Source: Prevotella phage Lak-B5. From it: DNA of 40,000 bases. The notes beneath the pieces were generated by a model that did no database searches, was not told the origin of the DNA, and saw only the letters and a list, made by a program, of their open reading frames with translations. The position numbers and the translations under genes were made by a program. Below are positions 1 through 10,715 of the stretch, piece by piece (the stretch's first letter is position 1; each line of letters begins with the position of its first letter). The stretch lies in sequence record MK250024.1; one strand, 5' to 3'.

Positions 1-3000
1 CAAGTTAAAGCTCAAAATTATTCACCAATAATGTTTGATGTCGGTGGTACAATTCAAGGTAAATATTTATTACGTTCATCTGCAAATACGTATTAGATAA
101 CATTTAGCGGTTCCGGCAATATAGCATTTGCACTTTATGGTTCAAATTAGATAACATATTTAAGTAATGTTACTTGGTATACACCAACATCAATGATAAT
201 TGAATCTTCAAATCTTACAAATATTTATGGAAATAATCCTACATATAATGTAAGTGTTAATAAATTAATGTCTCCTGCATTATAGAAAATTGAATTAATG
301 GGTTATAATTATACGGGTTCATTAGAATTATCAGATATATCTACATATTCAAATTTAAATTTAATTAATATATCAAATACAGGAATAAATTTAAAGGCGA
401 CAGATATTAATGTATCAACAATAAATGTATCTGGTGTTTCTGCTACAAAATGTGAAATTTCAAGATGTAATAAATTATCATCTTTAAAATTAAGTGAATT
501 AAAAGTAACAGATGAATTTTTATTAACTGTTAATTATTCAAGTAATGTATTATTTAATGAAATTGAAGTAAAACGATTCTCAGTTTCTTGCTCAGTTGTA
601 AATTAGAATAATACAATAGTTATTGATGGCTCACGTGGTAAATTTTAGACGCTTGAAGAATTAACTATCTCTGGTTTTGCAAAAGTATAGATTTATTCTT
701 GTCCAAAATTGTAGAAAGTTACTATTAGTGAAATTACGTCTGGAGATGATGCAAAAGATATATATTTGAAAGAACTTGCTATTATTAATTGTTGTACAGA
801 TAAATTATGTACAGAATTTAATGTACTTTCATCTACATCATCAAGTTAGGATAAAACATTAGATTTATATTCATTTAAGAAATTATCTAGAATATGCTTC
901 TATGGAACATAGAATTTTGAACAAGCAATTTTACCAGAAACATTAAATTTGCAAGGTAGTGAATTTGGTAATTGTAAATCATTGAAATATGTAGATATTA
1001 AAACAAGTATTGGTACAAAAGCAAGTAAAATTACTATCAATGGATATGATAAATATGTATTATCTTCATCAGCTAAAAGTACTAGTGGATTAACATTTAT
1101 TACATATACTGCACCAAATGTAGGATGTTTCTATAACTGTTATGAATTTAAGATGGAACGTACTGTAAATGATAGTTCAGTTGTACCTATTCGCGTAAGT
1201 AATTCCGTAAAATCTTTGGAATACTTATTTGGACTTGATTCTCATAATAGTAATATAAATTTAGCAAAAATCTCGAATTTTATAGATAATATTTCTATAA
1301 GTAATAGTATTACATCTATTAATTATATGTGTATGAATCAAGATGGCATTAAATTATCAAAGGAACAATTTGTCGCAGATGGACCAGATAAAGCAACCTT
1401 ACACTTAGGTACATTTGGTAAATTATCTAGTGGTAATCTTGTAGATGCATTTTATATTAATACGATATATATTAATAAATGGATATGGTATGATAAAGAT
1501 AAAAAACAAATAATCAGTTGTAATAATATTAATAGATTATTTGGTCAAGATTCAAAGAATTTATATATGACAATAGATTGTTTATATCCTATACTGAATA
1601 AGATCTAGTATTTAATTGGAATTACTACTGGGCAGACGATAATATATCCTATATATTCAGGCTCTTCATAGAAATTTGATGTATATACAATTCTTACAGA
1701 TGAAAAGAAAACAGAAACTTCATGGAAGGATAAAACAACATATACAAAATCTTATACATTTAATGGTACTATTGGTAATTTGATTACGAATCAAGTTGTT
1801 CCTGCTCGTGCCATATTTGTTAATGAAACAGGTGCTTCTCATACAGTAGATTCTCAAGATAATACAGGTGCAATATATCCTACTGCAATGACAAGATTCA
1901 GCGGTATTTCATTCTGTGCATCTAATGTACAATGGGATTTATATGGATTATTTAGTAAGAAATGGAAATTATAGTATATAGATTTTTTCCAAACATTTGG
2001 ATTCTCTACAGTAACAGAATATGAAGATTTATTTAATGCTAAATTTATGCCATCAACATTAATAGATATTAAACATAGTTTAAATACATCATTCAACACA
2101 TCTGTAGATTATACAAGATTCTTAGATTTTAACACATTAATTACTAATTATAATAATTCAGTTCCATCAAATGCAATGTTTAATTACGAAAATGGAGATT
2201 CTCTTAATTATGCTACAGGATTAACATTTACTAAACATATTAGCAGTGATACATTTAAAGAATGGATGGTATATATATTTAAAGCAAATAATGCTCAAGG
2301 TATAACTAACTTATTCAGAAACTGTAATATATTAGTAAGTCAAGCAGAAGCAAATAATAAATGTGATTTCAGTATAGAAACGATATTTAGCGATTATGGC
2401 GAAAATCTCGTAATAAATTAGAAAATACATAATATATATTGTTTGTTCTATAATTTACATTGTTATATTAAAGATAAGTATGATATAACTAAAACTAGTT
2501 AGTCTGCTGAAGTATAGTATATGACATTTGGTACAGATATGTTTAAATACCTTCCAAATATAACTACTGTTTCATCAGCGTTTACAAATAACTATTGGAA
2601 TGACCCTATACCATTTAATGTATTTAATAAACGTTATAAATGTGATGATACATATTATTATCTTGAATTCTTTGAAGGTACTGATATATTAGTAACTGAT
2701 GAGAATAAAGGTCTTAATGAATATAAAGATAAAAAGAAAATAAGAAAGAAGATAAAATATGTTTCATATAGTTATAAATAGGTAATGAATTAGGTTAATT
2801 CATGTTTCGCTAATATTCATTTTAATCCTGCTTATATTTCTAACAGATATACTGAAGGTTCTGATATTATTAAAGAAGCAGGTATTAATTATTATCAATT
2901 TATAAATGATGATAACACTGTTATAAATGATGATGAGAAAATATATATTTCTGAAAAAATAAAAGTATTATTACGTTCTACTGGTAATAATAGTGATTAT

Positions 3001-4185
3001 ATATACCCATCATATGAATATTATGATACATTAAATTTGCATGGTGCATTCTATGAAGGTAATTTTGAAAAAGCCGGCACATCTACTGGTGTTACTAATG
3101 TAACGTCTTCTATTCAAAAAGCGCCATTAACAAAGTCTGTATCTGAATATTTAGAATCACTTATAGTTGCGCCAGATTTATTATATGGATGTCAATCATC
3201 TGCATCAATATAGGGTATAGTTTCTCAATATGGTGTATCGAAAGATATGTTAACTGGTATTTTACCTGCTCATTTCTATAAGCAAATGAAAACATTAGTA
3301 GATGGTACATATGAAGTGTTTACTGGATGTCTTGTAATACCAAATTATGTTGGTACATATGTAAATTATGATTCTAACGGAACATTGAAACTTCGTTATA
3401 ACATATATACATTTATACCAGAAGAATTTGTAAATTCTGATATGAATAATTTATAGAATATGTTTAGATTCTATATACATTGGCCAAAACAAGGTCAAAC
3501 AGAATCAGGCGTGCAAACATATGATTTTTATGTATTATCTACAAGCAATTCATTTGGAAGTAATATAACGTCATTAAATAATGCATTCCCTGTTTCATCA
3601 GTTGTTTCATATCAATCATATGGAACTATATCAATAAATTATCAAACAGCTAACAGATCAATTCACTATAATTTACAATGTACATATTAGACTCAATCTT
3701 ATGAAGCATCAAAGAAATCAGAGATATTTGGAACACTTAATTATGATAATTTGAGATATATATCAGTGTTTGATACAGGCCTTAATATGGAAATATATAA
3801 GTCATTAAATGTAACTAATTTAATAACAAGTATAAACTTATTATATGGTTACTATGGATATATATTTAACTCTTCATATGATACAAGAAATATAATATTA
3901 ACAACAAATTCAGAAAATAAAAAATATTATTGTATTAATGTAAGTGCAAATTATCAATGGCAATCTAATTAGTTATCATGTAATATAATATTCCCTATAT
4001 GTTCTAACACATCAGAAACAACAAGAAGATTATTATATTTCTATGATATTCCATAGAATGCTAAATTTAATACTAACATAAGTATGTTTTCAACTTCAGA
4101 AAATAGAGAATATTATAAAAATATGTTTGATAGTATGTTTACATTCAATGATAATGAAAAATATAGTTATGCTACATATGAATAA
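1..4185 (+). CDS. Very large adhesin/appendage-like structural protein, 5' end outside window (>=1394 aa, table 15)
   Basis: Frame +1 is open from base 1 to TAA 4183-4185 when TAG is read as Gln. The track fragments at 298, 949, 1780, 2047, 2521, 3247, 3460 and 3751 are all in this frame and separated by TAG (e.g. 94-96, 148-150, 604-606). Ser/Asn/Thr-rich with repeated short beta-strand/leucine-rich-like segments; no family identified with certainty. Confidence 0.85.
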
Positions 4186-4208
4186 TAATATTTTTATGAA
4201 TATAATTA

Positions 4209-4237
4209 AGAGAGATATAGATATACTATATCTCTCT
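4209..4237 (+). terminator. Rho-independent-type terminator
   Basis: Perfect 12-bp stem AGAGAGATATAG / CTATATCTCTCT, loop ATATA, followed by TTT, 24 nt after the stop. Confidence 0.8.
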
Positions 4238-4248
4238 TTTTATCTAAA

Positions 4249-4266
4249 AATAAATATAAAAAGAAT
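4249..4266 (+). promoter_or_regulatory. Candidate phage promoter motif AATAAATATAAAAAGAAT
   Basis: 32 nt upstream of ATG 4281, directly after a terminator. 17-nt match to the motifs at 10682 and 24159(-). Confidence 0.6.
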
Positions 4267-4280
4267 TTTTATGAATATAA

Positions 4281-7200
4281 ATGGATAATAAATGTTCAAG
4301 ACCTGCTTTGATCCATAGCTTTAATCCTAAACCATTCAAAGATATTGATACAGCCATTTTCGCGCTTAATAAGAAAGATTTAGCAACAGGTGAAATAGCT
4401 ATAGCATATTATAAGGATGTTGATGAAACGAGAGGAATCGGGGCAGTAATCGCAACTGGTAATATTTTACCAGGTGGAAATCAAATATTCAAGAATACTG
4501 CATATACTGATAAACTTATAAAAGTTGTAAAAGAATCTATTGAATCTAACTCTGTTGATATAAGTGTAATCGAAGAAAATGTAAATAATAACATTGCAGA
4601 TATTGCATTAATTAAGGAACAACTTAAATCGTTGTCTATTGATTCAAGTAATAATCAATCTTCCGTTGATAATAAGATGAATGAAATCAATGAAATCATC
4701 AGTAAAATGAAAGAAGATATGAATAATATCATAGATAATATTCATAAAGTTGTTGCTGATGCATCATAGTCTCTCACTGATTCTACAGATACTATATATA
4801 CCGATTTCAAAGGAGCAGACACTTCTTTAAAAAACTATATAGATGATGAAAACTTAAAAATTTCTCAAAAAATTGATGATATTTCATTAAAAAATGTAGA
4901 AAATAAGCAAGAATTATTAGATAAAATTAATTCCAATACATCTATACTCGAAACTACAATTTATGATGTTTCAACATAGTTGACTGATGACATTTCTATA
5001 TTAAACAATAAGGTAGAAACTTATAATAATGACTTAAATACATCTTTAACTTATAATGTATCTACATTAAAATCTCTTATATCAGATAATAAGAATTATG
5101 TTGATAAAAGAGAAAATCTTATCAGAGAATATATTGATTAGAAAGATAATCAATTAATATGGCTAATAGGTGATACTTCTAAACATATTCATTTCCGTAT
5201 AGATAAAGAAGTTCATGACTTAAATGATAGAATTACATCTGAACACCTTGATATGAATAAAGTTGTTGCAGATAATAAAACCGATTCAAAACGCTATACA
5301 GATTAGGAAATATCATTAGCTAAAGATTATGTGGATGAACAAACTGAATATCTTAAATCAAATATATCTCAAACTGAGTTAAACTCAAAGAAATATACAG
5401 ATGAATCTATTACTTCATTAAATAATAAGTTATCAGAATCAATTAAGAATACGTCTATATATGCAAAAGATTTATTTGATAACTCTAATGAATATGCAGA
5501 TAAATTAAATAATTCATAGAAAGTTTATATTGATGATGAACTTAGAATGCAAGATGAACGTTTAGTTGACAATATAAATTCTGTAAAAGATACTATTAAT
5601 ACAACAAAATCTGAATTAAATGTTTCTATTAATAAATCATATGATAATGCAGTAAAATATACAAATAAAGTACATCAAGAGACTTTACAACTTATTAAAG
5701 AATATGATAATAAAGTAAGATAGGATTTTTCTGAAGCAGATATTAAGTTAGACAATAAGATTAATGACACTTCTACATTAATTTGGAATTATATAGGCAA
5801 TACATCTGATGCTATTGTTCAATTTGTTAAAGATACATCCAAATTAAATTGGGATCATACAAATGATACATCCGATGCTATTGTTAAATATATTAATGAT
5901 ACATCTGACGCTATTGTTAAATATATAAATGATACTTCCGATGCTATTATTCAATATGTAGATTAGCAAGATCAATTATAGAAAAATTATACTGACAAAG
6001 AAGTATCTACTTTGAAATCATATGTAGATACAGAAAACGCTTCTATTATTGCTTATGTTGATAATCAAGATGATAAAGTATTGAGCGAAGCCTCAATTTA
6101 TACAGATGGTAAAATTCAGGAAGTAAATAATACTATCCATGATCTTGATGAAAAGGTAGAAGATTATAATAGAAATACAAATAAGTTACTTGATGATGTT
6201 TCTGAAGGTATTATAAGAGATTATACAACTGCAATTAATAATCTTAATCAAGATGTTTCCAGAAATGATACATGGTTATATAACCATATTGAAAAATATA
6301 ATACAAATTTATCTACTGCAATTACAACTAATGATTCAGATACTAAAAAATTAATTAAAGATGTTTCTGATCTTCTTGATTAGAAAATTGAAGATACATC
6401 AGATATTCTTCAAGGTGTAATAGATGCGTTGAAAATGCAACATAATACTGATATTACAACGACAAATACTTCTATTATGTCTTATGTTAATAATTATAAT
6501 ACTAGTACATCAGAAATGATTAAAGCAATGAACACTAGTATTAATACATATTGGGAAAATGCCGATGAGACTATCGAAAATTTACTTACTAATGTTTCTA
6601 ATGGTATTCTTCAAAAAGTTAATAATATACAAAAAGATTTATCTACTTATATTCAAACAGCCGAATCTACTTTAAAATCATTATATGAACAAGCAGATGA
6701 CGGACTTCTTGGATATATTAATAGTTAGGACGCAAAACTTAATAGTAGTATAAATGATATTTCAACAAAGATTGTAAATAAATTTAATAATGATATTAGT
6801 ATATTAAATGATAAAGTTGATACTAATTTATCTAATTTAAATACATCTATTAATAGTGTTCATGATATATTATTTAGGAAAATTGAAGATACATCTACTG
6901 AAATTGTAACGGCTTTGAATACATCTATTAGTAATATTAATCAAAAGCTTACTACTAATGTAACTGAAATTTATGATAAGATAGATGACGTTAAAGATGA
7001 TATTTTTGAAAAACTTAATGTATCTATTAATGGTATCAATAAAATATTAACTGATAAAGATACAGCATTAGATAATAAGATTGATAATAAGTATACAACT
7101 ATTATTAATGCAATGAATACATCTGATGGTATTTTAAATGATCGTATTATTAATTTAGAAACAAAACATACAAATGAATTAGATAATGCGGTTAAAACGT

Positions 7201-8858
7201 TAAATAAATTAGTTTCTGATACAAAGACAGAATTATCAGGTGACGATACAGCAAATAAAACAGAATTAATAACAAAATATGATAAGTTGACTTCTGATAA
7301 TAAGCAAGCTATATCTGATTTGAAAAAAGAATTAATCAATGTATCTAATGGTATCATTACAGATTATAAGAAATTATCTAAAGATACATCTACAATGTTA
7401 GATAATAAGATTGAAGATATTTCTACTAAGATTGTAACTGCATTGAATACATCTATCAGTAATGTATATGATGAATTAACTGGAAACATTTCAACATTAT
7501 CAATAACTGTAAAAGATACATCAGAAAATATTGTTAATAAATTAAATACATCTATTAATAAAGTATTCAGTGATTTATCAAAAGCAGATACATCTTTATC
7601 TACACGTATTGATGATGCAAGTAATTTAATTCCTAAACCATAGACAGATGCAATTACTACAGTTGATTCACAGAAATATGTATGGAGTAACGGTAATGTA
7701 GCATCTGAAAAATGTGTTGTTGGCGCAGGTTAGACAAATATTGTAGTAAAAGATAATAAGGTACAGTTTGTATTAGGTGCATGGAATAATGGTGCAATAG
7801 GTTTACGTTTTACAGAAATACCAGAAACAAATACAGTTGCAAATGGTCTTTTATCTGTTGATTCTAAATTGAAGTATGATAATTACGCTAATTAGATTAC
7901 TACTATTAATTCAGATATTGCAAAGACAAATACTAATTTGACTTAGGAAATTAAAGATAGAACCAATGCAGATGATTCGTTATAGTTAAAGATTACTACT
8001 ATTAATGAAACTACAATACCTAATTTACATGAAGCAATATTAACAGAAATTTACAATAAGTATGATCCTGAAATTAACTCTATAAAAAAATCAATCAATA
8101 CAACGTCTACTACATTACAAACTAATATTGATAATTTAAGAAAAAATGTATCTACTGAAGCAAAATCTAATCTTGATAAGTTAAATACTAGTATCAATAA
8201 TAATGTATATACACCGTTGAAAAACTTAATTACTGGTGAAATTAGTAGAGTTGAAACTGATTATAAAAATGCAGATAGTACATTAAAAAAAGCTATAGAA
8301 CTTATTAATAATACAACTATTGATTCTAAAGTTAATTCACTTAAATCTGAATTAACAAAGAAGTATGATAATGAAATTAGCACAGTAAAAAATACTATTA
8401 CTAATAATCAGGATAATATTATCAATACATAGTTACCTAATCTTAAGACAACAATAGAAACAGATTATAATAAGAAGTTTGAAACAGAATCAAATGAGCG
8501 TAAGACCACTGATTCATAGTTAAGAACTGATATTGAATTGTTAAGTACGAAAGTAGATGGTATTAATACTAATATTGGTGATAACAATACTAATGTTACT
8601 AATTTACAAACAACAATTAAAGAACTTCAAGCAACTATTATTGAGTTGAATTCACGTATATTAGCAGTTGAAGCATACGGAACAACAAATGTCGATTTTG
8701 CAAAACGTATTGAGACGCTTGAATCTAAATACAATAAGATCACAGCAATTGAAAGTGATATTACTGGTATTAAAGAGCGACTTGATAATATTGACACTGA
8801 ACATGAAGAATTATATTCAGGTGTTTAGGATTATAATGATTCTATTAATATTAGCTGA
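4281..8858 (+). CDS. Long tail-fibre protein A (1525 aa, table 15) with repetitive coiled-coil shaft
   Basis: ATG 4281 to TGA 8856-8858, all in one frame. Track fragments 4281, 5331, 6012, 6429, 6915, 8217 and 8538 join through TAG. N-terminal GEIAIAYY...IGAVIATG module shared with the next two genes; 11-residue DTSDAIVKYIN repeats. Confidence 0.85.
5790..5954 (+). repeat. Hendecad (11-aa, 33-nt) repeats in fibre A
   Basis: YIGNTSDAIVQ / FVKDTSKLNWD / HTNDTSDAIVK / YINDTSDAIVK / YINDTSDAIIQ. Confidence 0.8.
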
Positions 8859-8879
8859 TAATATAAATATATAGAAATA

Positions 8880-8912
8880 TGGTGATATAGAAAATAAAAA
8901 TCTATATCACCA
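8880..8912 (+). terminator. Rho-independent-type terminator
   Basis: Perfect 11-bp stem TGGTGATATAG / CTATATCACCA followed by TTTTCTATTTT. Confidence 0.85.
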
Positions 8913-8924
8913 TTTTCTATTTTA

Positions 8925-8933
8925 GATAAATAT
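8925..8933 (+). promoter_or_regulatory. Candidate promoter motif GATAAATAT
   Basis: ATAAATAT starts 32 nt upstream of ATG 8958. Confidence 0.5.
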
Positions 8934-8957
8934 TTAAAATATAAAGATTTAATATAT

Positions 8958-10616
8958 ATGAATGTTTACGATTCTCCACATATGCATGGAGTAAAACCAC
9001 ATCCATGTCCACCTCCTCCTGGACCACATCATGATCCTTTTCATCATGATCCTTGTTGTGAACCACCACATCATTGTTTACCTCCACATCATTGTGAACC
9101 ACCATATGGATTAATCAATCATTATAATAAAGTATGTTTCAAGAACTATGATGAAGCTGTATATAAATTAAAAATAAAATCATTACTTCCTGGCGAAATT
9201 GCATTCGCTTATTATTTTGATAAGAATGCAGAATATGGTATTAACGCAATTGCAGCTGTTGGTTCTATTAAATTAGGAGCAACTAATATAATCTATGATA
9301 ACGCTAATGATATTCAATCTCTTATTGAATCCCTTTCAACAAAGGTAGATTCAAATAATGAGAAATTTGAAACAATAGTAGATCAATTCGATGATATTAA
9401 TAATGTTATTAAAGACATTAGTTCTCGTTTACATAAAGCTGAAGATAAAAATAATTCTTCTAATATTGATGCATCTATTTCAGATATAGATAATAAGATT
9501 GATACTATTATTCAAGATAACGTATCAATACATGACCGTATTGATACCCTTGATTCACAAATGGATCAAGTAACTGATTATATTGCATAGCATGAATTAG
9601 ATTATCAAGCACTTGATGCATCAGTTAAACAACTTCGTGTTGATGTAGATTCATTAGGACTAGATGATAAACTTGATGAATTAGATAAGAAGATTAATCA
9701 AACAAAAGAAGATATACTTCTTGAAACAAAGGCAGACAATGCATCATTAGAAGCTAAACTTACACAAGAATTTAACGGTAAATTACAAGATTATTCTGAT
9801 TCATTAGATAATCTTAAAGTTGAAATCACTCAACAGATTACAGATACAGTTGAACCTTTAAAAACGGATATTTATGATTTACAAGTTAAAACAACTGAAT
9901 TGGAAACAAATATCGGTAAAGCAAAGGATGAAGCAGTTACTGCATCCAAAGAATATACAGATAATCAAATATCAGACAAGATGCAAGGAATTAATAGTTC
10001 ACTTACTGATATGTCTAATACTATTCATGATTTATCTGATTTAATTACCAATGTTTCTACTAATGCAGATAATGAACGTAAAGAATTAAAACGGTATATT
10101 GATTAGGTTAAGTCTGATATTGAAGGTGAAAATACTCAATTTAAATCTGAAGTAAATTCTGAAATTAATAAACAGAAACAATATATTACAGATACTATTA
10201 ACGGATTTAAGGCAGAATATACTGCAACAACAGATAAAGCAATTGATGAAAAAGTAAAGGTTGTATCTGATAAATTAGATAATTATATCAATGAATCTAC
10301 AACTAAACATTCTGAAATTGAAGCAAAGATTTCTACTATTAAAACGGATTTTGCAACATATAAAGGTGAGTTAAACGAAACTATTGCTAACAAAATTGCA
10401 GAACAAAATACAAATATGAGAAATTATTTGGATAACGCAATTTCAACAGATAGATCATACTATGATTCACTTTATGCACGTAAAGATCAAATACCTGTAA
10501 ATGTTGTATCAGGTGCAGGTGTTACGGTAGAAAACGGTGTTGTTAATCTTAATGTTGACAGTAATGGTGTATTAACAGTAGGTGGAAAACGTTATCAATT
10601 ACAACAATTGAATTAA
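8958..10616 (+). CDS. Tail-fibre protein B (552 aa, table 15) with His/Pro/Cys-rich N-terminus
   Basis: ATG 8958 to TAA 10614-10616, bridging two TAGs (9588-9590, 10104-10106). LLPGEIAFAYYFDKNAEYGINAIAAVGSIK module shared with neighbouring fibres; coiled-coil centre; C-terminus GAGVTVENGVVNLNVDSNGVLTVGGKRYQLQQLN. Confidence 0.85.
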
Positions 10617-10642
10617 TAATTTTAACAAAATTAAATATATTA

Positions 10643-10672
10643 GAAGAGATTATTTTTATAAATAGTCTCTTC
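10643..10672 (+). terminator. Rho-independent-type terminator
   Basis: Stem GAAGAGATTA / TAGTCTCTTC (one G:T pair), followed by TTTTCTTT. Confidence 0.75.
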
Positions 10673-10681
10673 TTTTCTTTT

Positions 10682-10700
10682 AATAAATATAAAAAGAAAT
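10682..10700 (+). promoter_or_regulatory. Candidate promoter motif AATAAATATAAAAAGAAAT
   Basis: 34 nt upstream of ATG 10716. Same 19-mer on the minus strand at 24141-24159, 34 nt upstream of ATG 24125. Confidence 0.65.
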
Positions 10701-10715
10701 TTAAAACAAATAAAC

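Noticed and set aside
1854-2099. Other short overlapping ORFs (1854-2099, 6971-7357, 8668-8874, 11426-11623, 11891-12124, 13928-14116, 15516-15728, 16005-16217, 18122-18325, 20688-20879, 21345-21581, 24041-24331)
   Set aside because: Each overlaps a long table-15 reading frame in another frame or strand, and most have low-complexity Leu/Ile/His/Tyr-rich translations.
8917-9105. 62-aa minus-strand ORF (MVVHNDVEVNNDVVVHNKDHDEKDHD...)
   Set aside because: Shadow of the His/Pro-rich region of fibre B on the opposite strand; also overlaps the terminator/promoter gap.
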